Assembly (NCBI RefSeq): GCF_001194135.2
Contig: NC_068994.1
Span: forward strand, 37,211,417 to 37,251,459
From: Octopus bimaculoides
Lineage: Eukaryota
Direction: 5' to 3'
Length of the DNA stretch: 40,043 nucleotides
The notes beneath the pieces are model-generated. The model was given only the letters and a program-made list of their open reading frames with translations. It was not told the origin of the DNA and ran no database searches. A program made the position numbers and the translations under genes. Position 1 is the stretch's first letter. Each line of letters starts with the position of its first letter. Positions 24,378 through 36,289 of the stretch are shown here, one piece after another.

Positions 24378-24848
24378 AGTGGGAAATATATTCAAATATA
24401 TGTATTTATATATATGAGTGCATGGATGTGTAAGTGTATGTGTGTATATGTGTGTTATCCAGCAGACCACATGGTGCCTTAACTCACTTACCATTTGTTA
24501 AACTGTTGGCCTCCTTAAATATACTTTCTGACCTTAATAAAACAGAATCTCAATTTTGCCCATACCATATAACAGTTGGACTCTTTCAGTATGTGTCACT
24601 GTTAGCCTTTCATTTACTATACACACTCTATAGATTTGATAATGTAACCTGTTTGTAAGGTATATCCTTACATAAATGATCTAGTCAGCAATGAAGTACA
24701 TGTAAGAATGTAGTCAATAAATAAATACATGAACATATCTCCACCTTTGTTGTCTGTCTGTCTATCTATCTATATATTGTTGTGTGTGTGTGTGTGTGTT
24801 TGTGTATTATGCAATTATAACATGCGTTTTCTCCATTCCTTAAATTCT

Positions 24849-24889
<41 letters not shown>

Positions 24890-24994
24890 TCATTGTTATT
24901 ATTATATTAGCTTTTTTTTTATATAAGATTTTGTCTCAAAGAAAGCCTGTAGCCACTGTAATGTAATGGACTACAAAGAACAAACAGGGGCCTA

Positions 24995-25271
24995 CAAATT
25001 TAAAAGATGTCATTTGACAGAAAGCTTAAAGGACTGTATATCATAGATTAGAAGAAAAAAGATAAGAAGATGATAGTGAGTTCCAGAGAGCAGCAGTTGG
25101 AAGAAAGAAGCTATAAGAATAAAGGGGCTTATAAAAAACAGGAAGCTTGACAGAGAAACGTTGCACCAAAGAAGAGAAATGGATGACATGCATAAAAGTC
25201 TTGACTGAGGGTACTAGACTAGAAAGTTCATCTGAACAATGACTATGGAAATATTCATGGAAAAGACACAT
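24995..25271 (-). mobile_element. CR1/L2/Jockey-group LINE ORF2 C-terminus
   Basis: CLFHEYFHSHCSDELSSLVP..FSVKLP..YSYSFFLPTAALWNSL matches the conserved SFF-R/P-T--LWNSL end of this LINE group. Confidence 0.8.
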
Positions 25272-25869
25272 AAGATGGAGTTTGGGGTTAGGGTTACTTA
25301 CATGGATATTCTTACTGTAAGATAGGTTGTTTATTTGTTATTTCATTACTGCAGTTGGATTTTGTAGTGATTATATGCCTAAATTGAGTTTACAATATAT
25401 TAACTTTGATGATCAGACAAACAGCCAAATTTTGCAGCACTAATTGCAGGTTTATTCAATAAACAGTTTTAGAAGTTAGAATAAAGTAATTTTATTTGTA
25501 AAACTTATTTTATTGTTTATTATAATTGAAGCGAAGAGAAGCAGTTTCAAATTATTTTTAACTGCAATTTACTCAGTGAATTGTTTTGAATTGAGAACCA
25601 ATTACTTGAAAATTATGCTTAATTTAAATATTGCATCTTTAAACTTGCAAAGCTACTCTTGGAACCATGTGTTTAGGAGACATTTCAATTGCTATTTAAA
25701 TTACAAAATATGCTGTGAAATAGGTTGAAATTAATTTCTTCAAATGTTTATCATTTTATCATGTTATTCTTAAATTAATAAGTATTATTATAGAGACTCA
25801 TAACACGATGATAAATTTACTATTCAATTTGTCCATGTGTGTGTATGTGCGTGCATGCATGTATATGTA

Positions 25870-25909
<40 letters not shown>

Positions 25910-26129
25910 CAAGTACACATGCAAAGAAGAGAAAGACAAAAGGAGGCTATATGAGGAATTAAGGAGTTAATTAAATTGTACTATGATTTCATATAATAAT
26001 ATAATAATCGGAGAGTATAGAATTGTTCAGAGAATAACTTATTCTTATTTGACATCCGCATAAAAATTAAGTCTAGTAACTGTTACCATATATATAAAAC
26101 AAGAAGTAACATAAAGCCAAATACCATAA

Positions 26130-26180
26130 AGTTATAGAGTAAGGAGATATATATACATACACACACACACACATATAAAT

Positions 26181-26241
<61 letters not shown>

Positions 26242-26305
26242 NNNNNNNNNNNNNNNNNNNNNNNNNNNNNNNNNNNNNACACACACACACACACACGCAT
26301 ATAAG

Positions 26306-26347
<42 letters not shown>

Positions 26348-26400
26348 TATATATATATATATATACAGATACACATGCACACATACATACATGTATACAC
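26130..26400. repeat. TA/CA microsatellite around a 37-N gap (26242-26278)
   Basis: Directly visible. Confidence 0.9.
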
Positions 26401-26471
26401 ATGCACACTGATTTGGAAAACAACAACAATGAATTCAGGAATAAATCAAATTTAAATTACTTGAACTTGAA

Positions 26472-26569
26472 ACTATAGTAGAAAACACTTGCATGAGGTG
26501 CCATGCTGTGGTATTGAAACCAGAAACATGTGGTCGCAAAACGAACTAATTAACCTCATATTATGCCTG
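26472..26569 (-). mobile_element. SINE family A head fragment
   Basis: CTATAGTAGAAAACACTTGC..GGTGCCATGC..GAAACCAGAAACATGTGG. Confidence 0.7.
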
Positions 26570-26599
26570 GAACTCTTTGTTTAATATTTTCCTGTGTGC

Positions 26600-26930
26600 A
26601 CCTACTCAGCCGACTCTTCCCTAAAGATGGTTAGTGGGTGGTTTCAGGATTTCTTCGCACATGTTAACTGCTTGGTTGGTTTCTGTTGGTTGACAAGTCC
26701 AAAGGGATGTTTAAGAAGTCTATTTTGCATAAATGTGTTGTTATGGAAATGTTTAGATCAAATTCTCTGAATACCTGAATTGCATTTTTAATTTATTGAT
26801 TAGAAGTTTATCTCTTCTCTGCATACCTATGTGTTTAGCATCGAGCTTATTCTTCAATGTTGCAAGAATTTTGAAACCTTCCAATGAAAACATTCTCTGC
26901 TCCATCTAAACTACCAATGCTGAAACTGAA
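26600..26930 (-). mobile_element. Penelope-like element reverse-transcriptase remnant
   Basis: Minus strand, across frameshifts: GSLDGAE (26915-26895), IQVFREFDLNISITTHLCKIDFLNIPLDLST and NHPLTIF. These correspond to the PLE RT motifs MGSFDGAE, LNITI..DFLD and SNHPPTI. Confidence 0.75.
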
Positions 26931-26949
26931 CAGTTTAACTAAAGATGGA

Positions 26950-27050
26950 GACTATATAGTCACATGTTCAGCTTGAGATAGCAACCAAATCTCTCCCACA
27001 AATTGCACCTTATCTTGAGAAATGCAAAGATACATCTATTGATATAGTCA
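26950..27050 (+). repeat. Family D repeat fragment
   Basis: GCTTGAGATAGCAACCAAATCTCTC..TTGCACC. Confidence 0.6.
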
Positions 27051-27056
27051 TAGGCT

Positions 27057-27259
27057 GAGGTGGGGAGCTGGCAAATTCATTAGGATATTGGGCAAAATGC
27101 TAAGCGGTCTTTATGTTCTGAGTTCAATTTCTGCCAAGGTTGATTTTACTTTTATATCCTTTTGGGGTTGATAAAATAAATATCAGTTAATCACAGTGTT
27201 GATTTAATCGACTTGACCCTTCTTGCAAAACTGCTGACCTGGTGCCAAACTTTGAAACC
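27057..27259 (+). mobile_element. SINE family C
   Basis: GGTGGGGAGCTGGCAAATT..GTTCTGAGTTCAATTTCTGCCAAGG..GGTGCCAAACTTTGAAACC. Confidence 0.85.
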
Positions 27260-28738
27260 TGTGTGTTCATAGACATGTATCAAAAAAGAGATGTTGCTCC
27301 AGGCTGAAGCATCTTTGGTTAAAGGTCTACTCACTCGGGGACATCTGGGTGTAAAGAACAAACAATGTAATAGGAAGTACTCTGAATAAAAATGAATTCT
27401 TTCATTTATCATGTGATCTCCAGGGCATTTCTGTTTGTGGGAGCAAGCCAAAGTTTAGATGCTTTCAACAGTAAAGGAAAACAGGATTCATATCATGCCA
27501 TATAAAACTGAGTACCCAGTTGCTTTTATAGCTTGTAAATCATTTTATTGCAGTTGTACTATTCACTGAATGGTACAGGCTCATACAATTTCTAACTTTA
27601 CTATTCAAACCAATGGAAATTTGTTTAATAATTAAGTCTGTTTCACCTTTTTTTGTAATATTTATGAGCCCTGGTTTAAATTCATCTGGTGTATCAATAT
27701 GCATTCTCATGAATCAAAATCTTGCTTAGATGAATCAAAATTGTATTGTCTTGATTCACATTTGTCCATCCATCCATCTATCCATCTATGTGTGTGTGTG
27801 TGTTTGTTTGTAAATTAATCTGTGTATATTGGTGTTACTGTATGTAAGCAGGGTGTCAGAATAAATGTTCCTGTCTCTACTAGTATGTATATGTGCAACT
27901 TTATTTCTTTTCCTGTGATTTGAAAGAAATTTTTGATGCTATTTTCATCAGGTCAAAGAACCATGTAGATAGATAGATGCATAAACATACATATATGAAT
28001 ATGTAAGCCCATGCACAAAAAGTTGTATGGTATGATTTGAATTAAGTTTGGTTTCTATTGGTCTAAAGTGTCTGTTGCTGTAGCAAATACAACAATGCTT
28101 GCAATATAATTTAGTGAAAGGTTATACTCATGCAAGCAGTAAATGATAGCAAGTGACTTGTTAGGTTAAAAGAAATTTTGTGATTCATACATTGAGCAAT
28201 GTTATTTAAGCAATTTTTTAAAGTAAATTTAAGGAAAGAATTGTGTTGGACTGAGTTTTTCTTGATTCACCTCATATTTTAATACATATAAGGCACTCAC
28301 ATTATATGACTAGAGGCATTTAAATATCTGTACATGTACTATACAAATTCAAGGAAGACAGAAAAAGAATAATGTTGAGCATTATTTATATATAGTAGCA
28401 ATAACAATGGAAATTCTGGAGGTACATTTTGTGGGACAATGTCAGTCATAAACATCTCCTCACTTGGTTATAATATCCAATCATATCTTTCATAATCCTT
28501 TGGTTACTTTCTGCAAAATGTTGTCTCTTCTGTCATGTTTTCTCTTCTAACCTGTTTTCTCATTCTGGCTTATGCAAAATATTTTTGTTTAACATCATAT
28601 TTTGCATCCTTTCTTGATTAACAATTCTCCGGGTTTTTTTTTTGTTTATTGGTTCTTGCTTTATCATTTGTTACATAACACCGTCTAGTTCTATTTCTTG
28701 GAATAATTTCATTCCTTTCCACCTGAGTTAAAGCTTAA

Positions 28739-28965
28739 CCCTTTTGATACCAACCCAACCCAACTGAAACTGGCTCTGGCTCAGTAGTAAAAATGTTTTG
28801 TTCTCAAAAGTTCTGAATTAAAATCTTCCACCAAACCTTAGTCACAATTTATGTTCCAAACACTAGCTTAAAGATAACTGAATTAATTTTCTAAATTCTT
28901 TGTTATATTTATAATTAATTGAAAGAAACACAGAGTATCTCAATAAAAATATGGTAACAAAAGGG
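28739..28965. mobile_element. Second piggyBac-like MITE family (P2)
   Basis: TTAA-CCCTTTTGATACCA ... TGGTAACAAAAGGG-TTAA: TTAA TSD on both sides and TIRs matching at 13/14. Confidence 0.85.
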
Positions 28966-29315
28966 TTAATGGCTTTTCTGTCTTTATTCTTAATTCTTAT
29001 TTTTTTCTCTTTGCCCTTTTCTAGTCTTTTTCTGTACCTTGTGTGTAAATTCTCTACCTCTATTCTCTCCATTCTTGCTATTGTGATCCATGATCTTTGA
29101 TTGTTGTAACCAACTAATTCTGTTTAGCTAATAAAATAATTTCCGAATCACTTGATACTATATAGTTTGAAACACCTGTATCCAGAATATACCATTGCAC
29201 ATCTTTTATGAAGAAAGTTAGGAGCATAGAATTGATATATAGATAATTAGAAAAACTGCTGATACACCATTTCAGAAGGTTTTATGAAGGAATTTATAAA
29301 TATAATTATTAATAA

Positions 29316-29604
29316 GTGCAGGTATGACTGTGTAGTAAGAAGCTTGCTTCCCAACCACATGGTTCTGGGTTTAGTCCCACTGCATGGTACCTTGGGCAAG
29401 AGTCTTCTACTATAGCCTCAGGTCAACCAAAGCGTTGTGAGTGGATTTGGTAGACAGAAACCGAAAGAAGGTGGTGAGCTGGCAGAATCGTTTTTAGGAA
29501 AAAAGAATAAAAATAGTACTAGTATATAAAATTCTTCACAGCAGTGCTCTTACCATGGATAACCATAGTCAAATGAGTGGAACAAGTAAAAGATGAAAGA
29601 AAGA
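29316..29604 (+). mobile_element. Chimeric SINE: family A head + family C head fragment + A-like tail
   Basis: A head to 29470, AAGGTGGTGAGCTGGCAGAATCGT at 29468-29491, then tail ..CAGTGCTCTTACCATGG..GTCAAATGAGTGGAACAAGTAAAAGA. Confidence 0.75.
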
Positions 29605-30370
29605 TATTTTCCCCCCATACACATATGAACACTAATTGTGTATACACATATACGCATACACCTTTTCACTTTCTAACAATCATATACACATACACACAAC
29701 ACAGCTAATTGTTTTCTGAGTGAGTGTATGTGCATCAAACTCATTTGTATGAGTATGAGTGTGAGTGTATGTATGTGTGCACGTGCCAGTACTGCCCATT
29801 TGAAACACTTTCTCTCTTCTCTTTCTCTCTCTTGCTCTCTCTGTCTGTCTCTACCTCTGTTTTTCTCTATCACACATCACACACCTTTACCATTACTTTT
29901 CCACAGTATGACAGACTTTTTACACCACAGGAATCTATTGTTAGCACTCCAATATTAGATATCTTATATATGAACAAAAATTACAAGTATATGTATATAT
30001 ATCTATATAGCAATAAGAAAATGGAGGGGAATATGAGGTACTCATCAACTTGCAGACACTGCATTCCGTTGATTAATCTGTTTATTTTACAACTAAATTG
30101 ACAAAGAACACAATATACAGACACTTATGACATACCATGTCATATCAACAATTAAGATTTCAAATCTAAAGGACATTTAGCAATTATCTATATATAATTC
30201 AGTGAGAGTTAGAGGTTGTGAATCCAACCAACTAAGGGATAGTACCTATCCAATATACTGCTGGTAGAATACCCTATTATTAATACACAAGTGCTGATTA
30301 TTGTGTGGCAATTTCCCTATTGAGTGTAATAAATGGGCAAGGGTAAAAAGTGGTTTACCTTAATCTACAC

Positions 30371-30794
30371 GGCAAGAAGAAAATGGAGAGGATACAGAAA
30401 TAATAAATATCAACTGTTAGACATAATATTATGTCTATTTATTTATTCTAAAACATTTCTGAGAATATATATACATATGTAAAGACTGTGTATTACATAC
30501 ATACGTGCCAGTAATTCATAGAATAGAAAAAGGACAAACTCATTTGTATGAGTGAGAGTGTATGTATGTGTGCATGTGCCAGTACTGCCCATTTGAAACA
30601 CTTTCTCTCTTCTCTTTCTCTCTCTTGCTCTGTTCTTTTTCTATTCTATGAATTACTGGTACGTATGTATGTAATACACAGTCTTTACATATGTATATAT
30701 TCTCATAAATATTTTAGAATAAATAAATAGACATAATATAATGTTTAACAGTTGATGTATACTATTTCTGTATCCCCTCCATTTTCTTCTTGCC
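30371..30794. repeat. Inverted repeat (166/164-bp arms) whose spacer is copied from 29736-29838
   Basis: 30371-30536 versus the reverse complement of 30631-30794: 10 mismatches plus one 2-bp indel. Confidence 0.95.
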
Positions 30795-30841
<47 letters not shown>

Positions 30842-31076
30842 ATATATACATACACACACACACATTTGCTCTTACAATGGCAATACAAAAATACTCAAAA
30901 CCCGTAGTAGAGCATATTAATCTATCCAAAGCTGAGGCTTCACTCCACTACTGTTCTTAGTTTATCATTTCCCTTTTTCATGCCTAAAGTAGTTTTGGAA
31001 AGTTGTACATTAAAGTATTATTGAAAAGTCTCATGTCAAAGGTCATTTAGTGACAGTTTCACTTCTGTTGCAAACC

Positions 31077-31275
31077 TCTATGTGGTCATTAGATATGCTT
31101 GAAATATCAATCAAATCTCTTTCAGATCATGCGTAAATTAAATAAAGGACATATCAGATTAAATAATCTTGCCTACATAAAAAGTGGAGATTGCCAAGTT
31201 TGGACCATCTCTGATCATAGATCTACTTAAAGAAAATTAATCTGATACTAAACAACAAGAATGATAGCAACAACA
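31077..31275 (+). repeat. Family D repeat, degenerate
   Basis: CCTCTATGTGGTCATT..GCTTGAAATATCAATCAAATCTC..CTGATCATAGATCT..CTAAACAACAAG. Confidence 0.6.
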
Positions 31276-31444
31276 ATGTCTTTGACTTCAGAATACATAA
31301 ATGTCCCTACTCTTCTCTAAAAATAAGGAATAAAAAAACTTCAAAACTGACCTCATCAATATCATATGAAAGGGTAAATTTTTTTAAATATGCAAATAAC
31401 TTCCAAAATCATCAAGAGATTAGAAACTTAGCTAGATTTTTCTT

Positions 31445-31539
31445 ACTGGGTTCAATTTGTTCTACCAAAATATTTCAAGGTAGTGCCCCAGCATGGCCAT
31501 AGTGCAATGATGAAACAAGAAAAGGTAAATGATGAAAGA
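31445..31539 (+). mobile_element. SINE family A-type tail fragment
   Basis: GTGCCCCAGCATGGCCATAGTGCAATGATGAAACAAGAAAAG. Confidence 0.65.
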
Positions 31540-32076
31540 TTAGTCATGTGCAAGTCTTATATAACTTTGAAGGACCATAGGAAATTTACACAGATTACAA
31601 ATGTAGACTTACAGACAACACAATCTCTTTTAATATAGAATTCTACCCACCTATCTCAAAGCCCCTCTTCCAAACTGATGTTGGTGTCATAATGTATGCT
31701 AAGTAATTTCTTTCTTTTGATGGTTTCTTCTGAGTGAAAAAAAAAGGATATTTGATGGATACTTTATGCTCTCATAAGCAACTAAGATGAAGTTAAATAT
31801 GTGACTGGATTGGGTTGTAGAACAAAACAATTTCAATTCCCTAAACATAATTATCTGTTAGGATGATTGACTGGTAGCATCCTGCCATATAAATGGCCAC
31901 CATCCAAACAAATTTAGAAAGAATTTGATAGAAACTTTTAGAAAAAATTGAATATTGCAAAATGCAGCCATGTTAGTCTCGTTTCCTTCAATTGTACAAT
32001 ATCTACACAAAGAACATATCTAATACCTTTCTAAACACAAATAACAGACAACCAGAAATTTCAAATTCACTACATA

Positions 32077-32295
32077 TATGAGTGGGTATTGAAAAGTTCC
32101 TGGCTTTAAGGGTATCATGAAAGGCCTGGTTGGAAGCCAAACCTTCCCAGGTCTTTTACAGGGTTTAAAAAAACTGAAGGATCACTGCAATAAGTGTGTG
32201 AATCTGTGGGGAATATGTTGCATAAAATCATAATTAACTGATCTTCTGGTACTTTCTTTTACCTAAAGCCAGGAATTTTTCAACAGCCCATCACT
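32077..32295 (+). mobile_element. Mariner-derived MITE M, copy 3
   Basis: TATGAGTGGGTATTGAAAAGTTCCTGGCTTT...AAAGCCAGGAATTTTTCAACAGCCCATCA. Confidence 0.85.
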
Positions 32296-32833
32296 TACAT
32301 CTGGCCTGCTTGTGTCCATAACAAAATAAAGACTAATCTCTCTTTTCCTGGCCAGAAAACACATCAGATCTCAACATTTATTCCCCCTATAAAATCCTAT
32401 ACATGTTGCTCAGAATTAATATCATATACTCAGCTGTCTTGAGTATGTGGAACATAATCCAACTAAATATATTACGTATTTTAAGTAATCTTAAATTATT
32501 CTTTAAAATATTTCTTAAAATATGCAAAATTTATATTGATAATGGCAGGCATTGATTCTTTTGTTTTTAGCTACCTCTGAAGTTAAATCTTCTTGGTTAC
32601 ATTTGATATTTCATTCAACCAAAGATCATAACATTATACCATCCAAGTGGTTCACACCACTCTACAGCATCTGTACAGAGAAAGAAAATGTCTTAGAACA
32701 TCTGGAAAAACTCACTCATTTTTACCAGCTTGTCAGCTTTTCTTGCTAATGCAATTTCTATTTTATAAAAGATGCCTTTAAGTATTGCACAATCTGTAAA
32801 CCTCCCCATACCAAACTGCTACTAGTCATTTAA

Positions 32834-33032
32834 CCCTTTAGCATTTATACTGACCATATCTGGCCAAAATATTCTACCCATTTTATGTTCAAGCTGGCTA
32901 TATCCGGCCTTTCGAGCCTACCCTACAATATCATCATCAAAATCTCAATGCTACAAGATGATGCATGATTAACCCAAAACAATCTGCATAAACGAGCATT
33001 AAATTTCACAGAGAAATCTGAATGCTAAAGGG
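32834..33032 (+). mobile_element. Intact piggyBac-like MITE P1
   Basis: Perfect 12-bp TIRs CCCTTTAGCATT and AATGCTAAAGGG with TTAA at 32830-32833 and 33033-33036. Confidence 0.92.
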
Positions 33033-33074
33033 TTAAAAGTCATTTGCCAACTAGACCCCTAGGAACTTTAAAGC

Positions 33075-34290
33075 ATCCTCTTGCTTACATGGCTAAGCTC
33101 TTCAAGCTTTATTTCACTTTTAGCATTTGTGTATTTCATTCCTTAGAAAAGCAGCTTCTGCAGCCCTGCTAACTATTGACCTTATTCTTCACATTTGCAA
33201 AAATTGTTAGGTACAGTGTTTAACAATCACTTTCTTTAACATGTTGAATCTTCTTCCACTAAACAGCTTCTGTATTGCTAGATCACTGCAATATCACCCA
33301 CTTGCTCTTAAAGTAAAGATTTGATCATATCTGACATGAGAATCTCCAACCAAAGTTTCTGCCTAAGGATTTTATTAATCATCATCTAGATTAAAAGCTA
33401 CTTTTCTGATCACACTATTGCAATGTGCACTGATTTTGGCTTTTGTACTACACATCCAATTCTGGTTTGCACAAAGGTGCAGTTATATTCTCCACAGATT
33501 TCATCCTGCGTATAAATGGCAAGCTTTCTCTCATCTCTAACAATGCTCACTTATATGCAGATAAGACCATTCTTCATCCGTCTCTAATATCACATCAAAT
33601 AATGACGATCTAAACCCACATGTCAAACCTTTATTGTCTACATAAACAAAAACCTTAAAAACATTCTATTAGTATTAAGGAAGAACTCTTGTACCTACCA
33701 CTCCCTAATTTTGAACAATGTATACAACTGAAATACTTAAGTTAGCTATAAATCCTTTGGACTATAGGCACAAGGCCTGAAATTTTGGGGTGGGGAGCAA
33801 ATACTCGATTACCTTGACCCCAGTACTCAATTGATACTCTTTCTGTCAACCCCAAAAGGATGAAAGGCAAAGCCGACCTTGGCAGAATCTGATCTCAGAA
33901 TGTGAAGACAGACGAAATGCCACTAAGCAATTTGCCTGGCATGCTAACCATTCTGTCAGCTCAAGTTGATATAGTTACTAAACCTCCTGATCTATGATGG
34001 TCTTTTACAGCAATCTCAGATTCACAACAGTAAAAACTTTATCTCAAATGTTAACATTCCTCTTCAGGATTGGAAAATACTTTAGCTCTAAACAATTGCT
34101 GACTTTCCTCAAAGCTCAAGAAAGTTCCCCAATTGAAATCAGTACCACATTGCTGCTGCTGCAGAACAAACATCATAAAACTCATTCAAAGAAAGTCATC
34201 TAACTGATTAGCAAAGACCGACTCACCAACACTCAACACCTTCTGCTCACTGATGCACTGTCTCCTCATTTGCTATTCTGTGGCTTCTAC
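33075..34290 (+). mobile_element. CR1/L2/Jockey-group LINE RT remnant, split by a SINE C insertion
   Basis: IKSYFSDHTIAM, SGLHKGAVIFSTDFILRIN..AHLYADKTILH (decayed SGVPQGS/YADD; YADK at 33554-33565), and after the SINE FLFRIGKYFSSKQLLTFLKAQ. Confidence 0.85.
33762..33963 (-). mobile_element. SINE family C
   Basis: Reverse complement TGAGCTGACAGAATGGTTAGCATGCCAGGC..TGCCAAGGTCGGCTTTGCCTTTCATCC..CCTTGTGCCTATAG. Confidence 0.88.
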
Positions 34291-34694
34291 TATTGCCTCT
34301 GCTTCCCCAAACTAGTTACATATCATATTCATCTAGATCCATTTGACACTCACCTCTTTCCATACTGTTTCACTCCCTCATTCTTGTTCTCTCCATTATT
34401 CCCTCATCAACCATCTTAAATCTTTTTTCTCTTACTGAGTTTCCAGCAGACGTCAACTTAATTATTAATTATATATCAAAATTATAAAATTCTTCTTGTA
34501 TGTTACAAAGCACCTCCTCCAGAAGCCTCATTAGTTATAGGTTCTCAAAGGCTCAATCACTGGTTCACTGTATTTCAGACAGTGCGAGTGATAGGGGAGT
34601 ATCTGTTACTCATTTCAGAACAAATATTGCAGAGGACTTAGTTTGAAGAGCACCAGTTCTTGTTTTATTATAGTTTTCTTGCTATTGCTTACAG

Positions 34695-34889
34695 ATTCAT
34701 AGGTATATACAAATGGTTCCTGCTCTTTCTATCTTTAACAAATTTCATGCTAAAGGTACTGGTCAATCCAATGCTCTGGTCGAACACACATTCCTCGAAT
34801 ACCAGACAATGGGATTGAGCCAGGATGTTGTTGTGGTTGCAAAGCAAACTCTTAAACACATAGTCATGCCTGCATCCAGAAGTACATAG
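34695..34889 (+). CDS. Candidate coding exon of an unidentified gene (64 codons then TAG)
   Basis: Acceptor TTTTCTTGCTATTGCTTACAG; open frame IHRYIQMVPALSIFNKFHAKGTGQSNALVEHTFLEYQTMGLSQDVVVVAKQTLKHIVMPASRST*; GC1 33/64 and GC3 22/64 by hand count; GTACGT immediately follows the stop. No protein family recognised. Confidence 0.35.
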   Translation: MHRYIQMVPALSIFNKFHAKGTGQSNALVEHTFLEYQTMGLSQDVVVVAKQTLKHIVMPASRST

Positions 34890-36238
34890 GTACGTCTGTG
34901 TCATCTTGACTAAACTACAAAATGATACCAATGTCATTCTCTCACTAGGTGTGTTATCAAGTTTGGAGGCTTTGATAGTGCCACTAGGAAAGACAGTCAA
35001 GCTAATCTTATGGAATTAACCCTTTCATGTTCCAACTTTTTAACTCATATAGAATTTAAGTCTAGTGTGATTTAAAGCATCTAGTTGCAAAGAAAATGAT
35101 GTGTTGATGAATAATATGATGTTAGAGAAAATATTTATACTGAAAATATTCTACTTTATAATGAGCGTTCATAGTGCGGTTTAACATAACTTCAAGAATC
35201 TGGAAAAAATGTTCACGGTATAAATACAAAACTTTTGTTATATTGTTTCATACATCTCTTCAGTCTGTGTTCAATGAACACGAAGAGCACTTGACTTTTT
35301 TCTTCAGATTGATAACAAAAAGAAAAAAAAATAGCAAGATAACCAGTGATTTAATGAATGAATATACAAATATGACCAAATATTCTTTCATCTCTGTTGA
35401 TGCCAAAAGCATAGAGATATAAATGTTATGAAATAAAATAAAATAAAAGTCTTATTTCTCAAAAATTTTATTTTAATGAATAATTTTCTTGAAATAATTT
35501 CTTCCATACTTAAACTTGTATAATGATTCTATGTAAATGTACAAATATAGATAGCAAATATAGATACATTTTGTGCAATTTGTACTGTACATGAACATAG
35601 ATAAACATTTTGCAAAGGTAGAAACTTAAAACTAAACCCAAATGAATGGAAATAAAAATACTAATAACTAATAAATAACAAACTGAAAAAAAATACAACA
35701 CAAGCTTTATAGACTGACAATATATGTGGAAACTTTTACAGACAGCATGGCAAATTCGATGGAGAAGATATATTTATATAAATATATATACAGAACAAGA
35801 AAATTATAAATATACACAAAAAAAAAATCACTTGAAATAACAAAACAAGAAGGAATTAAAAGAACTTTTCAAAGAAAAAAACGTCTGAGAAATCTTATGG
35901 GGTTGTGATAGATTTATAAGGAATATCCTGTTGGAGTTGAGTCCTGTGTCAGTGTTAGGTAACTAAGTGTGCTTGCAATCTGCTGGGATATCTAGCAGTA
36001 AATGGAAATTTGTGTTTTTTAATTTGGTTTTGCTTTACATTGAATAAAAAATGTTCAACTATGATTCTCCATGTTAGCACTGGACGGGTTTGCAAATTCA
36101 GACATTGGCATAAGTAATTTGAGCTGGATGTTTTATAAGTGAATGGTTTGTCTCTCTCCAACCATTCTTCCATGCGACATAAATAATATAATGTAGTGTT
36201 TTCTTTTTTTCTATTTTCTTTTTCTTTTTCTTTTTCAG

Positions 36239-36289
36239 CTAGACTAAGTCAAATAAACAAATAGTTCTGGCAGAGTTTGATTATTCAAG
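36239..36289 (+). other. Candidate 51-nt exon (stops in all frames; probably non-coding)
   Basis: About 40-nt pyrimidine tract plus CAG acceptor, and AAG|GTAAGA donor. Confidence 0.5.

Noticed and set aside
27335-27381. Minus-strand exon or 10-nt microexon with a GTGAGT donor
   Set aside because: Isolated, all frames are open so no frame is informative, and it cannot be chained convincingly to other exons.
34689-35000. 103-aa minus-strand ORF
   Set aside because: It is the in-register antisense of the plus frame; its S/L/F/C/H-rich composition and inverted GC1/GC3 pattern fit a shadow ORF better.
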